A stretch of DNA of 63,395 nt, filler included, from Folioceros fuciformis (GCA_049999805.1; 11 parts of 11 records of this genome joined end to end with filler, not necessarily neighbours in it); one strand, 5' to 3'. Shown: positions 27,221-40,205, counted from the whole stretch's first letter. Translations and numbers: made by a program. Notes: generated by a model from the sequence alone, not told the origin.

Positions 27221-28194
27221 TGCAATATAGAATTTCGGGCTAGTGTCCAATTTTGGTACAATTTGTACAAATGTGGCTAGTGCAGGGAAGTTTGGTTCCT
27301 TCCTAGTTGGTTTTGGTTTTTTTTTTTTTTTTTTCAGCGGCTATATATGTGAGTGGGGTGTTCATGCATGGTAAGGAGAAGAATCTGTCCAAGGGATAGA
27401 AGTCTTATGGATCTGTCAAGGGGGCAGAAGTGGTTTGGTTCCGAACCAGTAGGTTTGGTAAGAGGTCCGAGCAAGAACCTGTTAAACCGGGCTGCATGCA
27501 AGAATCCTAAGTCCCATATTGTATGCCGGCACTCTAAGTCCCCAAGTGGCATGCAGGAACTCCAAGTTCCTAGGTTGCATGCAGCCACTCTAGGTTCCCA
27601 AGTGGCATGCGAGAGCTCCAAGTCACCAGGCTGCAAGCACCCCAAGTTCCATGCGACATGCGGCCACTCTAAGTCCTCAGGTGCTTGGGAGCTTAGTGTT
27701 GTGCTAGGGCAATGTTGGGATGAGTCGAGTCCTGAGCTTGGCCAGCACCCACTTGAAGCTTGGGGTTCCGTCTTGCACATTCAGCATTTGTACCTGTATC
27801 CTAGTGTTGTTTCCCACTACTCCGCATGTCACAGATTGCAGCACAATCTGCTGCAAGTAAGGGCAATCCATATCCAGAAAATGGAAGATTCTGATTCGGA
27901 AGAGATTGCAGCAAAGACTTGCAGCAATCTGGGTTTGAAAGGAGCTGCATGACACACGCAGCTTGGTGAGTCAGTAAGTTATGCCATGAATTGCAACACT
28001 GGAATCAAAGGCACTGAAAATGTTCTTCATCCTANNNNNNNNNNNNNNNNNNNNNNNNNNNNNNNNNNNNNNNNNNNNTTAATTAATTAANNNNNNNNNN
28101 NNNNNNNNNNNNNNNNNNNNNNNNNNNNNNNNNNAATCCGCCATCAACCCACACCAACTATACTGGAGAGTGACTGAAACGCGGTCACTTCTCT

Positions 28195-29362
28195 GTGATT
28201 TTGCATCTTGCAGGATGCACGACGAGTGTGGCAGCTGTGTTTGATGAATTAGGTCAGAAAATTATTGTGGAAACCTGGAATGCCATGATAGCAGGAAACT
28301 CCCCAGCACGGCACGGGCAGGAAAAGCCCTTCGCCTGTACAGTGCTATGCAAGAGGACGGGTATGGCTACACCTGATTCCGTGACATTTAGCTGCGTCTG
28401 CAGGCATCTGCCAATTCAGGCAGAACCTCTTTAAAGCGAGGAAAGGAGTTTCATGACCAAACTAAGGAACGAGGACATGAAGATGATATGTTTTGTAGCC
28501 TGCAGTTTGGTGAACATGTCTACAAATGTGAAGTGTGGTCGCTTGGAAGATACATGGAGAGTGTGGGACTCCCCGGACCTCCTCTGCGCTGCTTCAGCGT
28601 GGAATCCTGAAAGACAGGCAGCTGCACTTGCAGATTGTTGAAAGGAATCTTCTGGATGACATAGTGGTGGGCACTTGCGTGGCGGAGATGTATGCAAAAT
28701 GTGGCGAATTGGAAGATGCACGCCAGGTTTTTGACAGCTTGCCGAACAAGAATATGGTGACATGGAATGCTCTGATAGCTGGGTACGTACAGCAAGGACT
28801 GGGCCAAGAGGCGCTTCTTGTGTATGGACAAAATGGAGGAGCTGGGTGTCATTGTAGCTGACGATGTTACTTTCTCTTGCCTTCTGAAGGCCTGTGGAAG
28901 CACTGGTGCGTTGCAGAAGGGCAGGCAGCTGCACTCACAGATTGTGGGAAGAGGACTGCTGGACAAAGTGGTGGTGGGCACAAGCCTAGTGGACATGTAT
29001 GCAAAGTGTGGCGAAGTGTGGTGACATGGAATGCGCTGATTGCCGAGTACGGTTCCTGTGACGAAAGTCACAAGGCACTAGCTTGTTTCGAGGACATGTT
29101 AGCTGCCGGTATTCAGCCCGATGATGCTACTTTCGCTTGCCTTTTGGTAGCATGCAGTCACGTGGGACTGGTCCATGATGGTCTCATGTACTTCGATTCT
29201 ATGGCTGCACAGCATGGCATCAAACCTACTATTGAGCATTACACTTGCATGGTTGATCTTCTTGGGCGTGCAGGCCATTTGGATGAGGCTGAGAAGATGT
29301 TGTTATCATGTGAGGGGGGATGGTGGATTGGTTGTGACCGGGAAAGCATCAACCCAGCTTGA
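28195..29362 (+). pseudogene. PLS-class pentatricopeptide repeat pseudogene (frameshifted, truncated in the S2/E region)
   Basis: MYAKCGELEDARQVFD, VTWNALIAGY, TFACLLVACSHVGLV, HYTCMVDLLGRAGHLDEA, spread over several frames. Confidence 0.88.
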
Positions 29363-29529
29363 GATCGACAGTGGAGCGGATTTGAAGAATCGGAGGTTTA
29401 AGTTCTGAGCCCGCCCTTTCCCCACACCCACAGGAAGCAGATTAAGTTGTGCGTGCCAAAGGCTTTGGCTTCATCCGTTTTCTTCACGCTTCCTTATGCA
29501 TAACTACGTGACTGTCCTTATTATTCAGG

Positions 29530-31136
29530 ATGGCGCAGCTAAACCAGGAGATTACTGCCGCGAATGAACAGAGCATCGCTTTTGAGAAGGACTTGCTCAA
29601 CACCACAGACCCGCAGCAAAGAATCTTTTTAGAAAAGGTATGGGAGAGGTCGGTGGAGAAGTGGCAGGCGCTGAGAAAGGAAAGGCAGCTAAACCAGGAG
29701 ATTGCTGCCTTAACTGGGGAGATTGCTGCCGCGAATGAACACATTACCGCTCTTGCGAAGGACTTGCTCAACGCCACAGACCCGCAGCAATGAATCCTTT
29801 TAAAAGAGGTATGGGAGAGGTCGTTGGAGAGCAAAGAGCGCCTCGTGGTGACCCGGCAGGCGCTGCAGGATAGCCTTCGGGCCAAACAGTCCATCCTAGG
29901 TCAGTGCACTCCGCTAAGGGAAGGTGTCATCTGCATGATGCTATCATGTTTGTTTGCAGACTTGTTAGTATTTGAATAGCAGACATGCTTGTAATTGGAG
30001 CTCAGAGGTTCTTATCTTGATGTAGGCGATGTCTTGAGTACAAGAAGAACAGAGGAGTAGCTCCAAGCTATATTTGATATTGCGCAAGAGGAGAGAAGGA
30101 AAAGTCAACCGTCTGCATAAGCAGCGTGAAGACTGAAACATGGTTGGCAGTGCAAAGCACTGCGAAGCTATCTATCCTTGTAGTTGAGGATCTGCCAGCA
30201 TCTTCACCAAAAGAAGCGGTGGTTGCATTTGACTGGGATGGCAGCGTCGAACGTGCCCAGGCTGACAGGTGTCGTTATGATATCAATCTCATAATCTTGT
30301 AGGTGTGTTATAATCTTGGATTTGTTTATGGCTGACCGTCTTGTGCTTATGGTTCTTTGTGTATGAACAGGTACAGGCCCATCTCCGGCAGATCATCAAC
30401 CTTGATAACAGGAAGATTGATTGGGTAGACGCAAATCATTTTCCACAGTTATTGAGTTATCATGGAGTAGAGACGCTTGGCCGGAACTTCAGGGATACCA
30501 CTAACGTTCTGATAGCTGACACTTCAGTAATTAGGGCCCGGCAACCATGGCTGGGCATGCAGGTCTTATTTGAGCTCAAGAAAAGGGTTCGAAATTCTCA
30601 TGTCATGCAGGCACAAATTTCCTTGCTGTTGGCAAACCTACTTTCTCCGGAATCCCAACCAGTAATGGTAAGATCTGAGTCTGAACCACCATCTTTTGCA
30701 CTTAACATTCAGGGGTCTTAAAATTTTGGTTGGGTTGTGGCAGGTGCTCACAGACCTCTGTGATGAATGGCATCTGTTCTGGTTGGATTGCGCAACAATC
30801 AACCAGCACGCTTTCATATCTAGAGAACGGGCTGTAAGTTTTATCGAAGATCTTTTGGCTGGGCGTTTGGAGGCAAGCGAGGAACTTGACCATACTGCTG
30901 TCCCGGTATCGAAAAGGCGCAAGGTATTTAACAGATTGGTTTCGACTCCGGAATTAGAGAACACACTCACTGAAGATCAATTAGAGAGTCTGGAAGGTGT
31001 GTTAGCTCCAAGTGAGATTACACAGATGAGAGCTCATCGTTTCATCCGCCAATTCGAAACACTCCAAAATTGGAGGCCAGTCCCAGAATATATATACGTA
31101 GACACTCTTTACCTCTCTTGCAAGTGTCATCATTGA
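29530..31136 (+). pseudogene. Crinkler-like (CR-REase / PD-(D/E)xK) nuclease pseudogene with 3 introns; exons ~29530-29899, 30026-30268, 30371-30667, 30744-31136
   Basis: AFDWD, FRDTTNVLI (decayed GTTD), VLFELKK, QAQISLLLANLLS, VLTDLCDEWHLFWL pattern, with a duplicated helical N-terminal header. Carries stops and frameshifts. Family call is by pattern recognition only. Confidence 0.6.
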
Positions 31137-31979
31137 AGGTTGTATTCGAGGGGGCGCTTGTGGTGCTTCTGGCATCATCCTTATGCTTGCTCGAGTCTTC
31201 ACTGAAAGGGCGTTCCAACTCGAACCTCTCAATTTTCTCCGAATTGGAGGCCAGTCCCAGGTATGAAAGTATCATTTTACCGAGCACGTTAATGAACGAT
31301 TTGTTCGGTTTGAGGGTTGGAAGGTCTATGTTTGTCTCGACGCATGCTCATTTGCCCGTGACTACCACGGACGGTTCTGCTTCTGTGAGTTTCTTTGCTG
31401 CGGCTTCTACTGATTATTTCGCGGTGGTCGTAGTGGTCTGAAGATGAGGGCTAAGGTCTTGTGCTCCCTTGTTCTGTCTTGCTTTATCTCTAGCTCATCC
31501 GCAGGCTTGGAACACTAGACTGAACCACAGATGTGGATACTTGGTGATGGTGTGTTAGGCTGCTGTGTGCTGGACTGATGTCCTTGATGCGGCTTCTTGC
31601 GGTGGAAGAAGCAGTGCATGCGTCATCTCAAGTGCAAGCTCATAAGTGCTCTTCCCCTACCGTTGCCGAGTCACGACTTCTTTATTTTCTAGCCTAAGGC
31701 CACAACCTTCCTTGCTGGGAGTCACCTCTTATTTTCTAATATCACCTCTTATTTTCTAATATCAGGAGGAGGGGTCTACATATATAGGCTCCTAGTGTTT
31801 ATGCAACTACTGAGACCCAAGGACCAAACAGTACCCCGGACACCTGGTCCGGCTACAAGTTCACCCCAACCCTCAGGGTCGAGGGAGGTCTTGTGTATAT
31901 ACCCGTGCTCATTCTCAACTTAAGTCGCTTCTTACTCTACTTCACAAAAAAAAAAAAATTCCACTGGATTTGACACTCG

Positions 31980-34890
31980 GGAAGGGGGTTTCAAATATTT
32001 GTTCCTCCACAACCTATCCACATGAGGTGCAGTTTGCCAGGAAAATGCATGTATCGGTTATCATATAATAGAGCCAAGTCTATGCAAACAACATTCTCCT
32101 TATGCTCCAGCCTCTTATTGTGCCAGTCTTTCCTCCTTTGCTGAACATTCTGCAGGACCACCAGGGCTTGTTCCTTGTTCTCAGCGTGTTCCACAAATCT
32201 GAGAGGTCCTCTGAGAAATTTGGCCAGTGCCCAGATACTCATAAATTTTCAAATGTGTTGGTTTTGTGAGAACCTCCCCTTCTCATTCGAGGCCATCTCA
32301 TCTCCCCTACCCTTCTTCAAATTTGGTTTAGCCCTCTCGTCCTCTGCTGCAAACAAAGCCTCATCGAGAAATTCGTTTTCCTGGTCTAGTTCCACCCTCT
32401 CTGTTTTCAGCCTAAATTTTCTGACCAAGTAAATCATTCCAAGTGCCTCACTCTCTGTGGTTGTATAATTCTTCTCCACATCCATTTAGTCGTCGTCTAG
32501 CGTAGTAGATTGGGTAATCTTTCTTCTTTCCATCTCTCTAGCTGAGAACCTTGCCAATCACAAAAGCTAAAACATCAATTAAGACAAAAAATTTGTTGCT
32601 CCAGTGAAGGCCCTTCAGCATTGGCACCATGGTCAAGGTTGTTTGCAGATCCTGAAATGCCTCCTCTTGTTCCGGCGTCCACTCCCCCACCTGATCCTTC
32701 GGGGTCCGTGAAACACGTGATGTTCATGCCATTATCCTCAACGGACTGTTTGTACACCTTGCTTCCTCCTTCTTCCATTGAAATGTAAGTGTAGTCGATA
32801 GCAATACCATAACAGCCCACAAGATTAATTGAGTGTTGAATATCTCTTTGATAATCTTGTTCCTCATCATACCAGGAGATGTGCACGAAAGGAAATTTAT
32901 CTTCTTCATCCACCTCCCCTGTTGTGTCTTTAGCTGTGGTGTTTCCGTTGGGGTCTCGCCATCATACTTGTCCCTATTCCAGGATAAGCAAATCCTTCCT
33001 TCCTTAGCCTTGGGGTCCCAATCCAGAGGTCTAAAACCAACTTCCTTCTTACCCCACTTGAGTGTGCATCGCGACCCATACATCTAGGTCCGTCCAATCA
33101 AAATCTCATACCCTGGCGCCTTCTGCTGGATGACTACCATCAAATAGGGGATGGTTTCAATGATTGTTAGCACTCACGTCAATTCCCCTACTAGCGCCAT
33201 CCTAGACATGTCTCCTAGCTGCAAAGCTTTGGAGGTGTGCTCAATTTCCAATCCTCATTTTCTAGCCGTGTCCTCCGTCATAATATTCACACTTGAACCA
33301 AGGTCTTGCCTAGTGTGTGTACAAAGAGGCTTGTTGGTGCCTCATTAATCAGCAAACCATCGGTGACTCATTCCAGGCAAAGTCCCCGCACTATCCATGA
33401 CTGGACAGGAGAGGTCTGGGTGAGCAGTGCATGCACGACGCTCTTGAGGAGAAGCCAAGAGTTTGTGCTCCACAACGAGTGGTGTGCAAGACGAATTAGC
33501 AGATCTCCTACTGAGTGGAAGGTCACCTTCCCTTATCCCCCGAATTGTTCGTTGTGCTCCACAGTGGGAAGTGTGGGGAACGAATCTGCCAGCCGCGCAG
33601 AGTGGAAGGGGAGACTCTCCTTTCCTTATTCCTTGAACGACTGCCTGTGGTCCGTAGCCAAGGTGAGGGAACAAATCTGCCAGTGTGCGGCGTGGGAGAG
33701 GATTGCTTCCTTCCCTTATTCTCTGATTCTTCGGCTGGGTTTCAAATTTGCTGGTGAGGAGTTTGTGTGAAGTGACAGTGTCGAGAGCGGGTGGATGGAG
33801 ATAGAGTGTGTGAGAAGACGAGGTTGACGTGATTGTGTGAGCAGAAGAAGAGGACTGAAGGAGTGAGTGAAGAGAAGGATGGAGTGAAGAATGATTGGCC
33901 GTAAAGCTGAGGTGAGGGGGACAAATCCACGCACTATGTGGAGTGGAGGGGGAGTTTCTCCTTCCCTTATTCCCTGAAGCGTTCGCTGCGGAAGAGTGAG
34001 CTGAGAGAATGAGAAGGATCTGTTGAGGTTGCTATGAGATTGCTGGATAACTGAAGAAAGTTGTTGAGAATTGATTGGGTGGGTGTGAGAGATTGCTGGA
34101 AACTTGGACGTGATTACTAGAGAAATTGCTTTGGAATTCTTGGGCGTTTGGGAAGAACCGTCGGGGGTTGTTGAAGATTGTGGCAGCGTGTGAAGTATGG
34201 GGAAGGATCACTAAGGAATTGTTGGAGGTTGGTCAGTATTGCTGAACAATTTGAGATGTTGGAAACAGACCGGTGAGAAGTAAGTGTACCCCCAATATCT
34301 GGTGTGTTTCGTGTGTGTGTGCGCGTGGTGTGAGAGAGAGTGCGGTGATCTGTAGGGTCCTACTCCCCAAAAGATTAGCACCTGTCTGTAAGGGGAACAT
34401 CCAGTAAGAGCCAGATCTATGAGTCTAGAAGCCTGGGGCAGAAACCCGCAGAAGCACCTGCGCCGGAAGATATTAGTTAGGGTTTTAGGTGGGACCCACC
34501 ATGGTTGTGGAACCCCCTACTAGTCGTGGAAGTTACCAGTGGTTGCGGAGGCCATGATCGTGGTCATAGAGTAGGACCAGAGTCGTAGAGTCGGGACTGC
34601 GGTAGCTAGGCTAACTAGGGGTAGTGGTAGGAAGCTAGTAGGTAGTAGAAAGGGTAGTGGATAAGGCCTGACCTAGGTAAGAGTCAGTAGTAGAAGAAAC
34701 CTGTGTTACTTGGCACAAATCATTCCCTTGGGATCAAATCCCATGGCTACAACAACATAGAGGGTTTGTGTGGGCTTCACGGTGTCCTCGGACAAAACAT
34801 TTTACTTCACATATCACAATTACCAGCATCCACAATATCCGCCCAAGTGTTGATTGCCGGGCCCCCACGTGGGGGGCTCTCGAGTACCAT
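31980..34890 (-). mobile_element. Internally deleted Ty3/gypsy element (leader, gag, protease, RNase H, integrase C-terminal remnants)
   Basis: DLGSSVNIM (protease), EKNYTTTESEALGMIY (RNase H), LALLYDNRYMHFPGKL (integrase C-terminus, similar to ~26980). Confidence 0.75.
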
Positions 34891-35065
34891 GACCCAAGCT
34901 TCCCCTACGACCCTATCATGCTACGTTGCCTCCATCGCCGACCTCTTGCGGCGAGAGAGTTTGTATCTTGTCCTTTGCTTTTGAGCTCCGTGTCCATACT
35001 GCCACCTTAAGTCACATTCACAGGAAGATGGTTAATGGGCACTTTGCTTGCTTTTTACATGATAC

Positions 35066-35415
35066 ACAATTGAGCTATAAGCTTGTAAAGCTTGTCAATG
35101 GTTAAGCATTTGCCTTAGAGTCTTCCTTTTATCACCTCAATACATTCACCTACATCCATACCTTTGAAAGTCGTATTCACTCTTCTTAAACATATAGCCT
35201 AGGTTCTCAATTTCACAACCGGGTCTAACTCACATGATCCACAATTGAGCTATCAGCTTGTCAATGGTTAAAGCATTTCCCTCAAAGTTCTTCCTTTTAT
35301 CACCTCAGCACATTCACCTATGTCCATACTTCTTAAAGTCGTATCCACACTTCTTAAACCTATAGCCTAGGTTCTCAATTGCACAACCAAGTCTATCTCA
35401 CATGATCCACAATCA
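35066..35415. repeat. ~170 bp tandem duplication
   Basis: cacaattgagctat...tatagcctaggttctcaatt...cacatgatc occurs twice. Confidence 0.8.
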
Positions 35416-36332
35416 TGTCACATGATCTTGCACATACACCTCAATAGGATTCACTAAATTTGTTAATGAGGCCATACTCTAAGGAGCATGAGCTATAATT
35501 GGCTGATGTGGTAGGGTCATGCTTAATGGTATCAAGTGTACCCAAGGCGTGGCCCTGATGAAATGGAGATGGGAAGGACAAGAGGCAATTAATGCTCGTA
35601 TGGATCGATGTTAATTGCATGGGCATTATTTTGCATTATGGGCAACTCTCAAGCTTGCAAATCAATGGTCAACCAAGGGGCTTACGTGGAGGAGAATAAC
35701 TAGACATGCCACCTAGAAGTTCTCTTTGTGAACAAGGAGACTACAAGGAGAAATTGTGATTACAAGTGGTTACATATGAGTCTAACCCAATGTATCTTAA
35801 ACACTCTAGCATTATTTAGTATGCGTGCATCCACACCATTGCAAACTAGCAATCACACCGCTTGCAGTGGGTGCTTCCTGTTGAATGTAGGTATTAGGTC
35901 CACCTTACCGTGCTCACTATTGGCTATCCACCTTGTCGTACTCCATGCATGCCATGAGGTGCACCCATCCTACCTACCGGTGCACTTCACCATCGTGCCA
36001 ACCCGTGCTCTCCCATTGGTCATCAACCTTCTATCTCCTTGTCTTTATACATATTGTCGTCGTATGTATAGCATGTTGAGATATACATTTGAATTTCAAA
36101 AATCAAATTACATACTTGGTTGCTATGGCAGCAACGTGAAGCCTCCATGCTCGCTCTGGTTGGGGAGGCCAAAAGACAACATGGGCAGCACAATGGCGTA
36201 AAGCCTCTATGCTTGCTTTGGTTGGGAGGCCAAAAGACGACAAGGGTAACACTCCAAGAGTGATAGAAAGTAGGTTGTCTTCATTCTATCTTTGGTAGTA
36301 TTGGGATACGATTGTTGTGGAAGAAAATATTT

Positions 36333-37021
36333 TGTCCGAGGACACCGCGAGGTCCACACAAACCCTCTTTGTCGTTGTAGCCATGGGATTCAATCCCAAG
36401 GGAATGATTTGTGCCAAGTAACACAGATTTCTCCTAATACTGACTCTTACCTAGGTCAAACCTTACCTACTATCAGTTCTTCTATCGACTACCCCCTTCC
36501 ACTACCCCTTAGTTAGTCTAGCTGCCGCGGACCCTACTCTACAACTCTGGTCCTTGCTCTACGATCGGGGTTGGGGTCTCCACGACCGCTAGCACCCCCA
36601 CGACCGCTTGGGGTTTCCACAACCGATAGTAGGTTCCACTACCGTGGTGGGTCCCACCCAAAGCCCTAACTGACACATGCCGGTGTAGGTACCACCGCAG
36701 GTTCCTACCCACTGGTTTCTGCTAGGATCCCTTGAGTCACAGGTCGGGGTTTATTGAACACTCCTCCTACCCGCAGATACACACTTAGACAAACCGGTTT
36801 CGTGGAGTAGCCACACCTCACACTTCGCCCCTACACCGCGCTTCCAGCACACACCAAATCTCTAACGTACAGTTACTCCTCACCAACTCGCTCTCGAATG
36901 TCTCTGACCCTCAGTAGCGTCCACCATTTCCCAGTGGTGTCTCAGCAATCCTTCACACCACAGTCTCTTAACAACGTTCCACATCATTCAGGAATTCCCT
37001 AGCAATCTCGTCTCAACCTTA
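36333..37021 (+). mobile_element. Second, inverted copy of the retroelement leader found at ~34430-34794
   Basis: 36333-36715 is the diverged reverse complement of 34430-34794 (tgtccgaggacaccg...atcccaagggaatgatttgtgccaagtaacacag...). Confidence 0.75.
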
Positions 37022-37571
37022 TGTCAATAGGATCGACTCCAATCTATGTGGAAGTGTAGGAGAGGAGAGGAGAGAAGAGGGTGGTATTGGTGGTCACAAC
37101 CAAAACCAATACACATCACCACTCTCTTATTATGGAGGTTCAAGGTCTCCATTTAAGCAGTACATTTAGGGGTACACAACTTTAAGGTTTAATACGGGAT
37201 AATCTACACTATCCTAAGTGCCCCTTTATATACTATCAAATCCATAACTTAACTGGTTCACTAATAACTAGAACTAGTCTAGTGTGAATCCAACCAGGAT
37301 AACTAACACCACATGAGTTTAGCTCATATAGAGCTCGATAACTCAACACTCCCCCTCGAGCTCAACATAGCATCTGTATGCCTAGCATAGCTCAGAATTT
37401 CTTCAACTTCTTTGCTCCCATTGGCTTAGTAAATATATCGGCTATCTGCTCGTCTGTGTTGACATACACAAGATCAATAGCTCCAGATAAAATCCTTTCT
37501 CAAAGAAAATGATAATGTACCTCAATGTGTTTTGTCCTGGCATGAAACATTGGGTTTCCTGCCAATTGTAT
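37022..37571 (-). mobile_element. Ty1/copia 3' end: RNase H remnant, PPT, 3' LTR 37022..37348
   Basis: NPMFHARTKHIEVHYHF...EQIADIFTKP, with PPT GAGGGGGAG next to the TG...CA LTR. Confidence 0.88.
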
Positions 37572-37783
37572 TGTGGAGGCAAAACCCCGGGCACTGATTG
37601 CCAACGGGTTCCACCTTTAGTGGCCACACTTATCCCACTGTCGTTGAGACGTTGGGTTTCGTTCCCACGAAGGAGCGATGGGGTTCCTTGCTGCTGTGGA
37701 TGGAGGGTCGGACTTGATGAACTCGATGATGGATTCGAGGGCTCCCCTCCAGCTCCGATCAGGCGTAGGACAGGCCTCGCTGT
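37572..37783. mobile_element. High-copy repeat terminus (probable LTR), copy 2, inverted, inserted into the copia RNase H
   Basis: Reverse complement of ~84-295; begins TGTGGAGGC. Confidence 0.75.
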
Positions 37784-38410
37784 NNNNNNNNNNNNNNNNN
37801 NNNNNNNNNNNNNNNNNNNNNNNNNNNTTAATTAATTAANNNNNNNNNNNNNNNNNNNNNNNNNNNNNNNNNNNNNNNNNNNNACATGATGTAGGTGGCT
37901 GCGCGCCCTGGAAAGGAAAGATGCAGCGATGTTACCCAAAACGCACATGGGCCTACCATCCGGGGACGCTCCATTCCCTACGTACATGCAGGGCGTGGCC
38001 CCTAAATTCCTTGCATCGCTGGTGCAAGGCCGGGAAAAGACTGAAACCCAGCTTGCATTGAGCTGTACGGATATTATTGTGGAATCCACACCTCTTTGCC
38101 TCATGTATTCAGAGTTCCACGTTTCCTTAGCCTGGCATTAAAACGAGTACTTGGTTGAGGAACAATGAATGTTCCTCAAGTGATGTGTCTCTCAACACAA
38201 AGACAGAATGAAATGACATGGATGAAAAAACCTTTGATATCGTGTCCTTTCATTTAATGTGCATCCTGAACAATCTCATATGACAGCCAATCAAATGAGG
38301 TGTCCAATTCCACGTGGATACCTCCCACCTCAATTTTGTTGTGAAAGGAAGCCTAACTTGAAATTTCTTGGAAAGCTTGTAGAAGTGAAGGACAAGGCCA
38401 AAACCCAGCG

Positions 38411-38750
38411 CTGGGTTCTTGGCTTAAAACCCTTTGGGAAAGTGCTGGACATGGTTTGCATGATTGGGAGTAAGTAGTAATGCTCAATGTTTGATTCTTT
38501 CTTGTGTATCGTAATCTTAATCTGAAATGTAAAGGAATCTTGATCCTCTGGGTTCTTGGCTTAAAACCCTTTGGGAAAGTGCTGGACATGGTTTGCATGA
38601 TTGGGAGTAAGCAGTATTGCTCAATGTTTGATTCTTTCTTGTGTATCGTAATCTTAATATAAAATGTAAAGGAATCTTGATCCTCTGGGTTCTTGGCTTA
38701 AAAGCTTGGGGAAGTGTTGGACATGTTTTGCATTATTGAAAATTAAGTAG
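38411..38750. repeat. 137-bp tandem repeat (~2.4 units) upstream of KAB1
   Basis: ctgggttcttggcttaaaa... at 38411, 38548 and 38685. Confidence 0.85.
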
Positions 38751-39161
38751 CCATAAATTGCACTCAATTCTTGTTGGCACATTGTTATTGTGATGCACAA
38801 CTCCATGGAATCCTCATAATCCCTCCCCAAAGATTACCTAATTGCGTAGTAGGCAACTTGATTTTTTAGATGAACAATGTTCCTACACATCAAATTGCTT
38901 ATGTCGTGAAACAAAATGTTGTTTATGGCATTTAAGATATCAATCCCACGACAACATGGCAGGTAGACACTAAATCTTCTCACAAAAGTTTCTCACTCTC
39001 ACCAAAAGGTGTCAAAGCTTTTCATGAATTGGTAAGGAAGAAAGCAATTCATGAATTGGTAAGGAAGAATGCAAGTAATAAGAATCTTAACATTGTCAGT
39101 AATGTTTGCAGGATGTAATACTCCAAGATAATTTGACTTCTAAAATTCAAAACATATCAAT

Positions 39162-40205
39162 ATGGCTCAAGCTCCAGCTATGGAATATAGACATTTAGGC
39201 ACAACAGGTCTGAAAGTGAGCCAATTAGGATACGGCGCTTGGGTGAGCTTTGGAAACCAAGTAGATGCCGGTGCAGCTAAAGGAATTTTGGCAAAATGTA
39301 AAGAGTTGGGAGTGAACTTCTTTGATAATGCTGAAGTTTATGCTGGAGGAAAGGCTGAAGAGATGATGGGGAAAGCCATCAAAGACCTAGGTTGGAAGCG
39401 TACTGATTTAGTGCTGTCTAGCAAAATATTTTGGGGAGGAACTGGTCCTAATGATAGAGGGCTCTCTAGGAAGCACATTATTGAAGGAGTGAAAGGCTCT
39501 TTAAAGAGGCTGGATTTAGAGTACCTAGACTTGGTTTATGCTCATCGGCCTGATAATAGCACTCCAATAGAGGAGACTGTGAGAGCATTTAATTGGGTGT
39601 TAGATCATGGTCTTGCTTTTTATTGGGGTACTAGTGAGTGGTCGGCTCAGCAAATTACAGAAGCTTGGGAAGTTGCTAGAAGGCTAGATTTAGTTGGACC
39701 ATCCATGGAACAACCTGAGTATAATCTATTCTCTCGCGACAAAGTAGAGGTGGAATACTTACCTCTATATGGACACTATGGTCTTGGCTTAACCACATGG
39801 AGCCCTCTGGCTTCTGGTGTGTTAACAGGAAAGTATACAAAGGGCACAATTCCTCCCAACACTCGATTCTCTCTTGAGAATTACAAGAACTTGGCTAGCA
39901 GATCTTTAGTAGACGAAATCCTAAGCAAAGTGGAGCAACTCAAACCCATTGCAAAAGAATTGGGCATCTCTATGGCTCAAATGTGCATTGCTTGGTGTGC
40001 CAGTAATCCGGATGTGAGTGCTATTATCACAGGAGCCACCAATGAAACCCAAGTTGTAGAGAACTTGACATCTCTGCAATGTATTCCATTGATGACTCCA
40101 GAAGTATTAGAGAAGATTGAGAACGTTGTGCAAAGCAAGCCTCGCCGCCCCGACCAGTATCGACGGCCATCTGCTCTTGGAGTCAAGTCTACCGGACAAT
40201 TCTAG
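39162..40205 (+). CDS. KAB1: Voltage-gated K+ channel beta-subunit-like aldo-keto reductase (AKR6), intronless CDS, 347 aa
   Basis: GAWVSFGNQ, FFDNAEVY, GLSRKHIIEG, HRPD, AFYWGTSEWSAQQI, WSPLASGVLTGKY; colinear with plant KAB1. Confidence 0.93.
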   Translation: MAQAPAMEYRHLGTTGLKVSQLGYGAWVSFGNQVDAGAAKGILAKCKELGVNFFDNAEVYAGGKAEEMMGKAIKDLGWKRTDLVLSSKIFWGGTGPNDRGLSRKHIIEGVKGSLKRLDLEYLDLVYAHRPDNSTPIEETVRAFNWVLDHGLAFYWGTSEWSAQQITEAWEVARRLDLVGPSMEQPEYNLFSRDKVEVEYLPLYGHYGLGLTTWSPLASGVLTGKYTKGTIPPNTRFSLENYKNLASRSLVDEILSKVEQLKPIAKELGISMAQMCIAWCASNPDVSAIITGATNETQVVENLTSLQCIPLMTPEVLEKIENVVQSKPRRPDQYRRPSALGVKSTGQF

